A stretch of 64,000 nt of DNA. It comes from a virus. Position numbers and translations under genes: made by a program. The stretch's first letter is position 1, and every line of letters starts with the position of its first letter. The DNA lies in IMG/VR virus record IMGVR_UViG_3300009155_000038; one strand, 5' to 3'. The notes below the pieces were generated by a model that saw only the letters and a program-made list of their open reading frames with translations, ran no database searches and was not told where the DNA came from. Positions 33,584-44,041 of this stretch are shown here, one piece after another.

Positions 33584-34034
33584 GGAACCCTGCTCTGTTT
33601 TCAGCCTTCAGTACGCCCCGGCGGTACAGTTCACTTAAATTGTAGCTAATTGTCTCCATGAACGGGCTGGGTAACTCCATAACAGGCTCGCCCGTTTGGA
33701 GGTCTGTAAAGCAATCTTTACCCGTCCAAGTGCAATATTGGCCGTCCGCGAATACCAGTAGATCCGGGTCGCAGGTTGCGCAGTCTGGCATATCACGGGC
33801 TGCAAGCTCGGTCAAAATAAGTGACCGCTGGGCCGGCTGCAGAAAAGCCAGATTTTCAAGCATGTCGGCGACCAGTAGCGTGTAAATTTCTTGCTTGTCT
33901 AAAACTGTAGCCCCGGGCGGAAATGGTTTATTTAGCGCTGTCGTGAAAACAGTGCGGGCGTGGAGCTTGCTCAATTTGAGCACGGCCATTACCATATCCA
34001 GCTGCAGGTCTTTTTTATCTACGGAGGTTTCCAT
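33549..34034 (-). CDS. Hypothetical protein
   Basis: 161 aa; ATG shares CATG with the plus-strand gene at 34033. Confidence 0.6.
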   Translation of the reverse strand: METSVDKKDLQLDMVMAVLKLSKLHARTVFTTALNKPFPPGATVLDKQEIYTLLVADMLENLAFLQPAQRSLILTELAARDMPDCATCDPDLLVFADGQYCTWTGKDCFTDLQTGEPVMELPSPFMETISYNLSELYRRGVLKAENRAGFHVKNNAGSVAQ

Positions 34035-34308
34035 GATCTCGATTGTCGACTCGCTTTCTCACATTGCGAATGGTCGTGCTGAGTTTGTTGTCAGCGGTAA
34101 TGGTATCGAAGAATTGCTGTCCTCGGCAACGGCGAACACTGTGCTGCAGAAGGCTGCTGAACTAGGCCTCAACCGCCCGGGTGTTTCGAGCGCTAGCGGC
34201 CCGTATCCGGTCGACGCGGAAGGCAAGACCGATGATGAGCTGATGATGGGCAAGCGAGGCCCGGTCGCTGCCTACCGCCGCGATTTTGTTATTTTAGCCT
34301 CGATCTAA
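34033..34308 (+). CDS. Small hypothetical protein
   Basis: Start re-called at ATG 34033 (MISIVDSLSH) with GGAGG 5 nt upstream; biased codons. Confidence 0.65.
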   Translation: MISIVDSLSHIANGRAEFVVSGNGIEELLSSATANTVLQKAAELGLNRPGVSSASGPYPVDAEGKTDDELMMGKRGPVAAYRRDFVILASI

Positions 34309-34690
34309 GCTTTGCTGGTTCAAAGTCGTCTTTGCGTTCAACGCCGACAATGTCTACAGGCTTGCCGTTTTCGAACGCCACGACTGTAAAACAAATCGGC
34401 GTATCGCAGTCGATATGGAGCAGTCGGGTGATTTTTCGCCCGGCAGCGCGGCTCATTGTTTCTGCAACCTTGAACGCTTCGGCACTGGTGGCAAAAAGTC
34501 CAACCGGCACGTCGTCCATCGTGTGCCGCCAAACTACTAGATAGCCTGTCATACCGGAGTTAGAAGCCGCGCTGCGTTTCTTACGCGGCGCGGCTTTTTC
34601 TGGGATAAGTTCTTTCAATTGGCGCGCTTGTTCTCGGAAACCAATAGCCAAGCGCCCCGCTGTAATTTTCTTGATCGCTTTCTTCTTCAT
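34289..34690 (-). CDS. Hypothetical protein with basic N-terminus
   Basis: GYLVVWRHTMDDVPVGLF. Confidence 0.65.
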   Translation of the reverse strand: MKKKAIKKITAGRLAIGFREQARQLKELIPEKAAPRKKRSAASNSGMTGYLVVWRHTMDDVPVGLFATSAEAFKVAETMSRAAGRKITRLLHIDCDTPICFTVVAFENGKPVDIVGVERKDDFEPAKLRSRLK

Positions 34691-34691
34691 G

Positions 34692-35165
34692 TTATTCCTC
34701 TACTCCAAACTTGGTGATGTGGGCTAACCGGGCGGCGTAGAATCCGGCGACATGGCCAGCTACGTTTTTGAACCGCTCAATCATGTCGGGCACGACACGC
34801 TCTTGAAACGCTTTAATAATCGTCTTGCTGTACTCGTCTAAAGCTGTCTGTGTGTATCTCGCCGCTTTGACTTTCTCCGCGCCGGCTCTGACTTCGGGAT
34901 CATTGTCGAGCATGATCTGCACGTACTTTGGCGTCACGAATGTGATATCAAAACCGTACGCTTGCTGCAGCTCTTTGGAAAACGGCAACTCGAACATTGA
35001 CGCTCCGGGCCAGACATCGCCCTTTTTGCTGCTTTCGGACGGATACCGCAGCTTGCCTAGATCCCAGCCAAACGCTGCAATGTCATCATTCGGTTCCGGC
35101 ATGACGTATGCCGGCTTTGGGCGCTCTACTTTGTCGAGCGTCATCTTGCGTTTTGTTTTGCTCAT
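34692..35165 (-). CDS. Hypothetical protein
   Basis: 157 aa. Confidence 0.65.
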   Translation of the reverse strand: MSKTKRKMTLDKVERPKPAYVMPEPNDDIAAFGWDLGKLRYPSESSKKGDVWPGASMFELPFSKELQQAYGFDITFVTPKYVQIMLDNDPEVRAGAEKVKAARYTQTALDEYSKTIIKAFQERVVPDMIERFKNVAGHVAGFYAARLAHITKFGVEE

Positions 35166-35200
35166 GTTGCCAATAGCTAAGGAAAATTGCGCCAGTTTGA

Positions 35201-35353
35201 GCTGGCTGCGTTAACCGGGGCACACTCATTCTCCGCTAAGTAAATAGCAGAGAGATGAAATGTGCCCCGGCTACGCAGCCAGCAACAACAACGAAGTCTG
35301 CGCCCCAGCTACAAAGCTAGCGGCGCAGACGTGCCAGTCTACGAGAGACTGGC
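35201..35353 (-). ncRNA. Candidate structured RNA: 83-nt long hairpin plus two further hairpins
   Basis: GCTGGCTGCGT/ACGCAGCCAGC, CCGGGGCACA/TGTGCCCCGG, TCAT/ATGA, TCTC/GAGA and GCTA/TAGC nested (35201-35283); GTCTGCGCC/GGCGCAGAC (35296-35330); GCCAGTCT/AGACTGGC (35333-35353). Plus-strand C-A mismatches become G-U pairs on the minus strand. Confidence 0.55.
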
Positions 35354-35734
35354 TGAGCACGCCATGTAGGCGTGCGCTTGAGCCAAACGCTCAGCGTTTG
35401 GCACGTCGAGCGGCCGGACGTTGCCGTCCTCGTCCGCAAGGAAGCCGCGCATCATGGCGGCCTGCCACACGTGATACAGCACGGCCATGCGGCCGCGCTT
35501 ACTGGCCGCGGTTTTTTTAAGCACCGCAGCCTTTAGGTACGCGACAGCCTCCCAGAAGGGAAGCTTGTCAGCCACGCGGGCCGTGGCTTCCATCGTGTCT
35601 TCGAAGAACCTAATAGCATGCTCCTCGATGATATTCACGCTCGACGGCTTGATTTGGCCGTCGAGACGTCGCGCTACCGCTTTCTTGACGGTGGCAATAT
35701 CTCGCTCAGACACGGAAACAGTGGCAACAGCCAT
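35339..35734 (-). CDS. Hypothetical protein
   Basis: Start re-called at MAVATV; AAGGGAG upstream. Confidence 0.65.
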   Translation of the reverse strand: MAVATVSVSERDIATVKKAVARRLDGQIKPSSVNIIEEHAIRFFEDTMEATARVADKLPFWEAVAYLKAAVLKKTAASKRGRMAVLYHVWQAAMMRGFLADEDGNVRPLDVPNAERLAQAHAYMACSASLS

Positions 35735-35881
35735 GGCGTTAACTCCCTTGTAACGCGGAAAAACGAACGACAAGGTCGACGGCTCTGCCGACGACAGTCC
35801 ACTGATACAATCATATGGACTATTTAATATGCCGCGTTTTTGCGGGAAATTTAGCAGCGTTCCAGATTCGAAACTGGAAAA

Positions 35882-36181
35882 TTAGAAGGTCAACTGCACA
35901 ACTTTGTTGCTGGCGTTGACGTAAACGATCCGCACCTTCTCGGCGCCGATGAGTTGCTTGAGGTCAGCCTTTTTTTGGCTGCTCATGCCCGCGAGGCATG
36001 ATTTGATCTTGGCCATTTCGGTGCGCTGGCGTTCTTGCTGTTTACGCGCGCAAGTTCCGCAGCCGCCGCGGGCTGTGTTAAAGATATCACGCTTATTCAT
36101 CAGGCACGGTATGTCTGCAAACTTGGCGTCGTGAAGCATCGACAAGATAGTGCTGTCTTCAATAACAACTAGCTCTACCAT
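35882..36181 (-). CDS. Small CxxC protein (paralog of 36724-37092)
   Basis: GGCGTC; shares N- and C-terminal patterns with 36724-37092. Confidence 0.7.
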   Translation of the reverse strand: MVELVVIEDSTILSMLHDAKFADIPCLMNKRDIFNTARGGCGTCARKQQERQRTEMAKIKSCLAGMSSQKKADLKQLIGAEKVRIVYVNASNKVVQLTF

Positions 36182-36190
36182 AGTGCCTCC

Positions 36191-36700
36191 TTACGGCGCG
36201 TCGCCAATCCACAGCTCGCCGCCCGGTAACAACGTGTCAGCCAAATCCAATGTGGCTTTCAAGCGCTGCACATCTTCAGCCACGTCTTTGATAAACGCTT
36301 CAACTTCGGCGCGCGAGCGCAGCAAGACGTCAACATAGCTGAGCCTGAACCACTCGGGACGCGCTTCTGGAATGGGATCATCTTCGGGATATTCTTCCAG
36401 ATCAGTCGGTGAGCAGACGTGGTCAAATGCGCCGACTGGTTCAGCCGCGCCCGGCTTGAGCGGTAACAGGAGATACGCGAAGATTTTGTCGGGCATCAAA
36501 TAAGCGTTGCTTGCTGTGATGCGTACACGAATCCCGTCTGTCGCGTGGTAGTTATATCGGCTTACTTGCCACGTCAGTTTGATGCGGCGATCGCTGTTTG
36601 TGAGCGCCATAGGCTCAATCTGCGGCGAATAGAAATCCAGTCCGAGTGTGTCTGGGACTTTGATTTCGTCACTCGGGTTTGGCGTGCAGCAATCTGACAT
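36191..36700 (-). CDS. Hypothetical (tail-associated) protein
   Basis: 169 aa in the structural block; GAGG upstream. Confidence 0.7.
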   Translation of the reverse strand: MSDCCTPNPSDEIKVPDTLGLDFYSPQIEPMALTNSDRRIKLTWQVSRYNYHATDGIRVRITASNAYLMPDKIFAYLLLPLKPGAAEPVGAFDHVCSPTDLEEYPEDDPIPEARPEWFRLSYVDVLLRSRAEVEAFIKDVAEDVQRLKATLDLADTLLPGGELWIGDAP

Positions 36701-36723
36701 GACAACCTCTATCTGATGAACGC

Positions 36724-37092
36724 TTACGGGAATGAATACCGGGTGACATCAGTGGAGCCCGGCCGCACGTAATGTATTGTAACACCCGTCGTATCAATCT
36801 GATCTGTCTTTGCTACGTAACGAATGAACTGTTGCACGATTTCTGGATTAGTCTGGCGCGCGTTTTCAAGCAACTCAAGGAAAGCCGATACGCACCCTAC
36901 AAGGAGTTGAGTGTCTGCGCGACAACGGCAGCCGGCTTTTCGCGCGGATACATCAAACGCAGTACGGCAGTCATCAAGTTGCGGCTTAAGTTCTAAAAGC
37001 CCCGGGTTTGTCTCAAAGAACGCCGGTTCTGCCGTCATGTGCAAAATGTTGTCCCGGCTTATTGATATCATGCGCGTAATTTTTTGCGTCAT
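36724..37092 (-). CDS. Small CxC protein (paralog of 35882-36181)
   Basis: KAGCRC; ISISRDNILHM...F....PGL and VTIHYV......YSF align with the paralog. Confidence 0.7.
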   Translation of the reverse strand: MTQKITRMISISRDNILHMTAEPAFFETNPGLLELKPQLDDCRTAFDVSARKAGCRCRADTQLLVGCVSAFLELLENARQTNPEIVQQFIRYVAKTDQIDTTGVTIHYVRPGSTDVTRYSFP

Positions 37093-37143
37093 GTTTACTC
37101 TGCGCTAGGGGGTAACGGGTGACAGCGATAGTGTAGCGTGCAT

Positions 37144-38448
37144 TCAAGACGTTGCCGCATTTTTTATCGCAGCGCGAAGAGCGGCGTTTGTTTGCACCGC
37201 GGCAATTATGTCATCAATTGTTAGTCCCGGTCCGGTAGCGCCGGTCGCCCCGCGCACGCCGTATGGCCCGGTTGCGCCTGTTGGACCTGTTATGCCCGTA
37301 GCGCCTTTTACGCCAGTTGGCCCCGCCGGTCCTGACAGTCCGGTATGCCCTACACCGGCTGGGCCAGAAGGCCCTGCTACGCCTGTGGCGCCTGTTGGAC
37401 CGACTGGGCCCAAAGGTCCACTGGGACCTGTTGGGCCTGCGGCGCCGTTAACACCCGGCGCGCCATCTGTGCCGCAAGGGCCCGTGGCGCCCGCTACACC
37501 TGTAGCGCCTGTAGCTCCCGCGACGCCCGTAGAGCCTGTAACGCCCGTACTGCCCTTTACTCCGGTTGCTCCTTTGACGCCCGTACTACCTGTATCGCCT
37601 TTAGTCCCCTTTACACCTTTGGGGCCAGATTGCCCTACCGCGCCTTGCGGGCCTTGCGCGCCGGCAGAACCCTGCGGACCGGCGAGTCCCTGCGGACCTA
37701 TTTCGCCGCGTATACCCTGTAAGCCGCGTTGACCCGTAGCTCCGGCGGGGCCAGCGGGACCAGATGCGCCAGTTTTACCTTGGATACCCGTCGCGCCTGT
37801 AACGCCTGTCGGGCCTTTTACACCAGTTGTCCCTGTGGCGCCTTTGATGCCAGACGCCCCTGTAGCGCCTGTAGGGCCCGTTGCGCCGGTTACGCCAATA
37901 CCGGTTGGCCCAGTTGGTCCAGACGGCCCAGTGGGCCCTTTAGCCCCTGTGGGGCCCTTGGGTCCCGTAGCGCCTTTTATCCCGGTGGCGCCGGTAGCGC
38001 CGGTCGCACCTGTAGGGCCTTTTGGTCCGGTTGGGCCGCTAGCGCCTTTTGGTCCGGTTGTTCCCGTAACGCCAGTTGCACCTGTAATACCGCGCGGACC
38101 AGTTAAACCCTGCGCACCCGTTGCACCGGTTACACCTGTCTCGCCCTGCGGCCCGGGATCGCCGGTGTCGCCTTGCGGTCCTTCATTGCCTTGCGGCCCT
38201 GAAGGACCGACTGGGCCCGCGTTACCGGTGTTACCAGTAAGGCCTCTTGTACCCTGCTGTCCTTGCAAGCCTTGCTGGCCGCGTGGGCCGGCTGGTCCAG
38301 CCGGCCCTGCTGGTCCGGGACTACCTTGCGGCCCGGGCGGTCCGGGCGGACTACTGTTGCAGCCGCCAGCCACTTGCATACGTGGGCCGTCGTATGTTTC
38401 ATATACGATGGGCGGCGTGGGCTCAGGCAATTCGTTGTTAGTTTCCAT
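37144..38448 (-). CDS. Collagen-like tail fibre protein
   Basis: Long uninterrupted Gly-X-Y run (GAT, GPT, GPQ) with a short helical C-terminus. Confidence 0.88.
   Translation of the reverse strand: METNNELPEPTPPIVYETYDGPRMQVAGGCNSSPPGPPGPQGSPGPAGPAGPAGPRGQQGLQGQQGTRGLTGNTGNAGPVGPSGPQGNEGPQGDTGDPGPQGETGVTGATGAQGLTGPRGITGATGVTGTTGPKGASGPTGPKGPTGATGATGATGIKGATGPKGPTGAKGPTGPSGPTGPTGIGVTGATGPTGATGASGIKGATGTTGVKGPTGVTGATGIQGKTGASGPAGPAGATGQRGLQGIRGEIGPQGLAGPQGSAGAQGPQGAVGQSGPKGVKGTKGDTGSTGVKGATGVKGSTGVTGSTGVAGATGATGVAGATGPCGTDGAPGVNGAAGPTGPSGPLGPVGPTGATGVAGPSGPAGVGHTGLSGPAGPTGVKGATGITGPTGATGPYGVRGATGATGPGLTIDDIIAAVQTNAALRAAIKNAATS
38081..38124 (+). repeat. 44-bp exact direct repeat, copy 1 (small collagen gene)
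   Basis: cctgtaataccgcgcggaccagttaaaccctgcgcacccgttgc is identical to 39210-39253. Confidence 0.85.
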
Positions 38449-38452
38449 TGTT

Positions 38453-41400
38453 TTATCCTAACATTTCTCGCAGGATGGGCGTTAAGCTGGCTCTGTACGC
38501 CTGCGACTGCGCCGTATTGCGGCCAAGGATCTCAATGAACTTTGTAATAAACGCAGCCTGAAACTCTTCGTTTGTTGCAAGCAACGAGAGATTAACGTTG
38601 ATCGCCGCTGAAAGCGTGTCGTTTGCCGCGTTAATGTTGCCGCTAAGAACAGCCGGCGTTGATGTAATAGCGCCGCCGCTAAGGTTTGCTTTTGGTCCCG
38701 TTGCTCCGGTAGCGCCGTTAACGCCGTTAATGCCATTGAGTCCGCATGGACCAGTTGCGCCGATGAGCCCGGAAGCCCCTGCAACACCCGTTGCTCCCGT
38801 TGCACCCTTGGCACCTGTAGCGCCTGTGCCGCCCGTTAAGCCTATAACGCCAGTCGCGCCGGTTACACCACGTGATCCCTGCAACCCCACCGCGCCCGTG
38901 ACGCCGGTTGCTCCTTGCAGACCTGTTGCACCAGTTGCACCCGTTTGTCCTTGAACACCCGTGCTACCGGTTGGGCCAACTGCGCCGCTAAATCCTGTGG
39001 CGCCAGTTGCGCCTTTATCGCCAACTGGCCCTGATGCGCCACGCGCGCCAGATGGGCCAGCCACACCGGTGGCGCCAGTTGCGCCTGTTATGCCTTGCGG
39101 GCCTGATGGGCCGGCAGGGCCGCTAGCGCCTAGTAGCCCGCTTGCGCCAGTTGCGCCTACAGCGCCAGACGGCCCAGTAACACCAGTCGCGCCCGTGGCG
39201 CCAGTTACGCCTGTAATACCGCGCGGACCAGTTAAACCCTGCGCACCCGTTGCGCCTGTTGCTCCAGTGGGGCCGGTAGCGCCACTTGCGCCAGATGGGC
39301 CGCGCAGACCTGTTACGCCTTTAACTCCTGATATACCTTGAATACCGCTTGCGCCGGTTGGTCCTGTATCGCCTTGTGGTCCTGATGGGCCTAACGGTCC
39401 TGCGACGCCTGACGGCCCCGTAGCACCTGTAGCGCCTGCGGAGCCTGCCGGCCCGGCGTTTCCACGCGGGCCACTTGGGCCACTCGGGCCTGATGCACCC
39501 GTAGCGCCAGCTACGCCTACAGCACCTGTTGCGCCTGTAACTCCGGTTGCGCCAGTTACACCAGACACACCAGACACGCCAGACACGCCCGTCATGCCGG
39601 TGATGCCAATACAACCCGTTGGACCCATTTCGCCTTGTGGTCCTTGTGGCCCTTGCGCGCCCGGTTGTCCTGTGGCGCCTCTATCGCCTTGGCGGCCTTG
39701 AATGCCTTGCTCACCCTGCGGACCTTGCGATCCTTGCGGTCCCGGCCCGCCGTTTTGACCCGGAAAACCTTGAAGGCCCGTTGCGCCAGTTGGTCCGCTT
39801 ACAGTGCTATCTTTACCGTCTTTGCCGTCTTTGCCGTCTTTACCTGCTGGCCCAGACGGCCCGCGGGCACCGTCCGCGCCGGGTGTTCCACCGCCGCCGC
39901 TACCGGAGCTGCTCGGACAATCTGTAACTTTCAGTACGACATCAACATAAATATCGCCGTTTTCAATTTTTGTGTATGTTTTGCCGAGATCTGTTCCACC
40001 AAGTCTCCTGTCGGAGACGCTGCCTTCTGTGCCATACAGCGCGGTTTGTTTAACGTCGAGCGTTAATTTGTATTCGCAGTCATATTGTTGCGACGTAGTT
40101 TGTTTTTCTACTTTTAACGTCGTGTCTTCTGCGTATAGCGGTAAATATGATCCGTCTGCGGCAATGCTACTTGTCCGCGGTTTCGGTACGATATTTACTT
40201 CGGTTTCTTTCCAAACCGGGCATTCTTTTACGGCTTTGACTTTAAAGTCTGGTTGAATACGCCATAAACACTCTGACTCTTGCCAAATTATCAATTCAGC
40301 CGAGTCGGTTTTATTTACGCCAGCTGTAATACTTCCTGTTACTTTTTTGATTTGGAGTTCGCACGGCACCGGAATTGCAATATTCAGATTAGCAACAGTA
40401 ATGCACGAGCCCTGCTCGGCGTTGTAGTATGAGCCGCTTGTATCAAAATAACCGTATGGCACTGAGCCGGTCGGCAGCCTTTGAATGTTCACAGGCCCAA
40501 ACACTGTCGGCGTGCAAACAGGTGGAATAATATTGAGGCGCAAATCAAAATCGACTTCAAAGCGACACTGCGGTTCACCTCCCGTATTTGTGATGTGAAC
40601 GGGTCTAATTTCAAAAATTAAATCGTTATAGCCAGCCCGCGTGTCAAATTGCCTACTAGTAAAATCAATACTAACGCACTCAATGATCGGGATTGGAATA
40701 TCGATAAACAAGTCAAAGAAAAAACCGCACTGCCCGGGGCTTGAACACGTTGGCGTAGCGGGATACGACGTGATATTTATGTAGCTGTTTGTGTTAACGC
40801 TTGAAATCTGATTGGCAGCAACAAAACTATTCTGCGCGTTAAGCTGTCCCGCGATAGACGGACACGGCGGCACCGGGAGCGGCACAACAATTTCGAGTTC
40901 GATATCGAATGAGCATGTTTCTTTTGGCACGTTGCAATCGTGAGAGGTCGCGATTGTTTTCTTGATTTCTAGTTTGTTTGTTTTACCCGTAACGCAACTA
41001 GTGCCTACATAACCGACGCTTGTGGTAAACGATTTCTTATTGATCTCGATACACGGCGGACTCGGGATCGGCACAACGACCTGAAGCTCTACATCAAACG
41101 AACACGTCGGCGGCCCGCAGTCGTTCGGTATAAGCTTTGGCGTGATGGTGAAAACGTTTGAGTTTTGAGTAACGCAGGTTGAATCCTCATACCCGGCAAT
41201 AACACCAAATGTTGTGACATTAATTTCCGGGCACGGCGGTATCGGGATCGGGATTACAAGTTCAAGGTCGATGTTGAAGTTGCAGTTATCCGGCGTAGTG
41301 CAGCCGTCGCGCGGCACTGGATCGCTCTCAATGACAAACGTGCTTTCTGGCAGCGGGCAATCTTCCGCAGCCCATTGCACCTGCTGCGTGAATTTGCGCC

Positions 41401-44026
41401 GACGAATAGTCGGACATGGCGGCTTTGGAATCGGCACAACAATGTCGAGTACAACGTCGAAAGCGCATTGACCGGGATCGTTGCAGTCGACAGGCGGAGT
41501 GTGATCTGGTTTGATTTCAAGTTTGTTACGCTTGCCGGCTACACACGTGCTACCTGCGTAGCCGCTTGAGACGTTAAACTCTTTGACGCGAATGTCGGGA
41601 CAGGGTGTACGCGGGATCGGTATTGCTACCTCTAAGGCAACATCAAATTCGCATTGTCCGGGATCATTGCAGTCGACGGGCAAAGTGTGCTTTGGCTCAA
41701 TACTGAATAGGTTCTTCGCGTTATTGAAACAAGTGTCGTCTGCGAAACCTGTTGTGACGACAAAATTTTTCGTGTTGATTAATGGGCAGGGTGTGCGCGG
41801 AATTGGCACAAGCACAGCCACGTCGAAGTCGTACTGACACGTACTTGGGGTATCACAGTCGCCGGGGATAGTCGTCGGCGTGATATCAAAACGATTGTAT
41901 TTATCATTGAGGCACGTTTCGTCGACAGGGTCGTTTGCAAAACTTGTCGTGACCTCAAACGATCTTGTGTTAATGATCGGGCACGGCGGCACCGGGATCG
42001 GAATGCTCAAGACCATAGCGACGTCAAAATTACACTCGCCCGGGTCATTGCAATCAACCGGGGCTACTGGCGCTGCTGTAATTGTGAACGTGCTCGTATC
42101 GCATTGCACTTCTTCCCAGTACGGCGTGTCATCTGCGATACCATCAGCGAAATTTACAAGCAGTTGCCAGCGCTTTGCTGGATTGAGTGTTTTCACGCGC
42201 ATTCCGACAAACCGCGATATTTGTGGAATTGCGCGCCGCGCTGCTATATCAGCAACTTCTAAATCAAAACGACAACAGTCGGTAGAGGTGATTTCGTCCC
42301 AGAATATTGTGTCGTCAGCTGTGCCGTTAGGAAATTTGCTGCGCAGCCGCCATAACTTTGGCGGCGTAGTCGTTTGTACGATCATACCAACGCTTTGTTG
42401 CGCATTTGAAATCGCAAGCCGATCGGCGATAGCGTTGACTGATATGGTGGGGCTGACGTGGTTGTTTGTGTTATTTGGGTCGAGCAACACCGTTGATACA
42501 TTAAACGCCGAAACGTTTATGGTTGGGCACGGCGGCCGCGGGATCGGGATATCAAGCACCAGATCTACATTAAACTCGCACTGCCCCGGATCATTACAGT
42601 TAGTCGGCGTAGTGTGGTCTGGTGTAATTAAAAAAGTGTTATTTGTCGTGTGGCAAGCGACACCGTCGTATCCTGTATCGTTGTATCCAACGGTGACCGA
42701 AAAATTACGCGCGGTAATAATCGGGCAAGGAGTGCGAGGAATTGGAACGTCAAGTTGTAAATCAAAATTGAACTCGCACTGGCCGGGGTCGTTGCAATTT
42801 GTCGGCAGAACGTGCTTCGTTGTGACTTCAAATTTGGTGTTAGCCGTGTGGCAACTCTGATCGTTATAGCTTTGATCGCTATAGCCCGTGTAGCCGCTTG
42901 TTACGACAAACGGGAAAGTGTTAATGATCGGGCACGGCGGCAATGGGATTGGCACGACAATTGACAAGTCGATATCAAATTCGCACTGATCTGCCGTATT
43001 ACAGTTGCCCGGGATGACTCGCGGCGTAACTTCAAAAAAGTTACTTTTGCTGCTCAAACAATCAAGCGCGCCAGTAAACGCATCACCGGAAAACCCGGAG
43101 TTAACTTCAAACGTTTTACGGTTAATAATTGGACAAGGCGTACGCGGGATCGGGATTGCGATTCCAACCTCTAGATCAAACGAGCAGCTGTCGGGAACGT
43201 TGCAGCCGTCGCTTGAAATAGTCTTTGGCGTGATTAAGAAAAAATTGCTTTTGCCGGCTAAGCACGAGTCGCCCGCGGAGTCAGTATCGAACCCAGTAGC
43301 GACGTCAAATGTTTTGAGGTTGATTTGCGGGCACGGGGGGCGCGGCAGCGGCACGGCAATTTCTACGTCGAGCGCAAATGCGCACTGATCTGCAGTATCA
43401 CAATCGCCTACAACAGTGGCCGGCGTAATTGTGAACGTGTTTCGCTTGCCGACCATGCAGGTATCGTTGTAATACCCAGAGTTCACACTAAACGTATTGA
43501 CATAAATCTGCGGGCATACTGGTTTTGGAATCGGGATACGTAGATCTAGATCTAATACAAACTCGCACTGGTCTGCTGTATTGCAGTCTCCGGGTGTGAG
43601 AATTTTTGTGACAGAAATTGTGTTTGTTGCCGTAATACAATCCTGATATCCAACTTCTAGGTTGAAGTTGCCACCTGTGATTGTTGTGCAGGGCGGCTTC
43701 GGGATTGGAATGGCAAGGTCGAGCGCCAGATCGTATTTACACGGATCGACATCTGTTTTTTCAACGCTGAACTTGATTACTGGCGCGGTGATACAGCCAG
43801 AATCTGTGTCGCCGCCGTAAGCGACGGCAAGAGTCGATACCGTAGAGAACTCTGGGCAGAACGGGCCGACTTCTGTAAACGGCTCACGTGGCACGATCGG
43901 CGCTGTGCAACCATAAATAGGCGGCGGAGCTTTCGGCACTGTGCAGACGTCATTAACAAAATCGAAATCCGCCTTTGGGACGGGCTCAATCGGACACTGC
44001 GAATTTTTAAACAGGTTTTCAGACAT
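38453..44026 (-). CDS. Large tail fibre: about 15 Cys-rich ~60-aa repeats plus C-terminal collagen domain
   Basis: Repeat consensus PIPxPPCPxI..F.V..G....C.....F.ITP....C..P..C.FD.DL.I; Gly-X-Y run from about 39880 to 38700. Confidence 0.88.
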   Translation of the reverse strand: MSENLFKNSQCPIEPVPKADFDFVNDVCTVPKAPPPIYGCTAPIVPREPFTEVGPFCPEFSTVSTLAVAYGGDTDSGCITAPVIKFSVEKTDVDPCKYDLALDLAIPIPKPPCTTITGGNFNLEVGYQDCITATNTISVTKILTPGDCNTADQCEFVLDLDLRIPIPKPVCPQIYVNTFSVNSGYYNDTCMVGKRNTFTITPATVVGDCDTADQCAFALDVEIAVPLPRPPCPQINLKTFDVATGFDTDSAGDSCLAGKSNFFLITPKTISSDGCNVPDSCSFDLEVGIAIPIPRTPCPIINRKTFEVNSGFSGDAFTGALDCLSSKSNFFEVTPRVIPGNCNTADQCEFDIDLSIVVPIPLPPCPIINTFPFVVTSGYTGYSDQSYNDQSCHTANTKFEVTTKHVLPTNCNDPGQCEFNFDLQLDVPIPRTPCPIITARNFSVTVGYNDTGYDGVACHTTNNTFLITPDHTTPTNCNDPGQCEFNVDLVLDIPIPRPPCPTINVSAFNVSTVLLDPNNTNNHVSPTISVNAIADRLAISNAQQSVGMIVQTTTPPKLWRLRSKFPNGTADDTIFWDEITSTDCCRFDLEVADIAARRAIPQISRFVGMRVKTLNPAKRWQLLVNFADGIADDTPYWEEVQCDTSTFTITAAPVAPVDCNDPGECNFDVAMVLSIPIPVPPCPIINTRSFEVTTSFANDPVDETCLNDKYNRFDITPTTIPGDCDTPSTCQYDFDVAVLVPIPRTPCPLINTKNFVVTTGFADDTCFNNAKNLFSIEPKHTLPVDCNDPGQCEFDVALEVAIPIPRTPCPDIRVKEFNVSSGYAGSTCVAGKRNKLEIKPDHTPPVDCNDPGQCAFDVVLDIVVPIPKPPCPTIRRRKFTQQVQWAAEDCPLPESTFVIESDPVPRDGCTTPDNCNFNIDLELVIPIPIPPCPEINVTTFGVIAGYEDSTCVTQNSNVFTITPKLIPNDCGPPTCSFDVELQVVVPIPSPPCIEINKKSFTTSVGYVGTSCVTGKTNKLEIKKTIATSHDCNVPKETCSFDIELEIVVPLPVPPCPSIAGQLNAQNSFVAANQISSVNTNSYINITSYPATPTCSSPGQCGFFFDLFIDIPIPIIECVSIDFTSRQFDTRAGYNDLIFEIRPVHITNTGGEPQCRFEVDFDLRLNIIPPVCTPTVFGPVNIQRLPTGSVPYGYFDTSGSYYNAEQGSCITVANLNIAIPVPCELQIKKVTGSITAGVNKTDSAELIIWQESECLWRIQPDFKVKAVKECPVWKETEVNIVPKPRTSSIAADGSYLPLYAEDTTLKVEKQTTSQQYDCEYKLTLDVKQTALYGTEGSVSDRRLGGTDLGKTYTKIENGDIYVDVVLKVTDCPSSSGSGGGGTPGADGARGPSGPAGKDGKDGKDGKDSTVSGPTGATGLQGFPGQNGGPGPQGSQGPQGEQGIQGRQGDRGATGQPGAQGPQGPQGEMGPTGCIGITGMTGVSGVSGVSGVTGATGVTGATGAVGVAGATGASGPSGPSGPRGNAGPAGSAGATGATGPSGVAGPLGPSGPQGDTGPTGASGIQGISGVKGVTGLRGPSGASGATGPTGATGATGAQGLTGPRGITGVTGATGATGVTGPSGAVGATGASGLLGASGPAGPSGPQGITGATGATGVAGPSGARGASGPVGDKGATGATGFSGAVGPTGSTGVQGQTGATGATGLQGATGVTGAVGLQGSRGVTGATGVIGLTGGTGATGAKGATGATGVAGASGLIGATGPCGLNGINGVNGATGATGPKANLSGGAITSTPAVLSGNINAANDTLSAAINVNLSLLATNEEFQAAFITKFIEILGRNTAQSQAYRASLTPILREMLG
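39210..39253 (+). repeat. 44-bp exact direct repeat, copy 2 (large fibre gene)
   Basis: Identical to 38081-38124; both encode [15 protein letters not shown]. Confidence 0.85.
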
Positions 44027-44041
44027 AACGGCTATCTCGTG

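Noticed and set aside
35829-35879. Short hairpins and CCGCGTTTTT/CGGGAAAT elements resembling those at about 2320-2350
   Set aside because: Only two occurrences, in different order; insufficient to call a phage-specific promoter motif
37208-39341. Pro/Val/Ala-rich plus-strand ORFs (PVAPVAP...)
   Set aside because: Reverse-complement reading of the Gly-X-Y codons of the collagen genes
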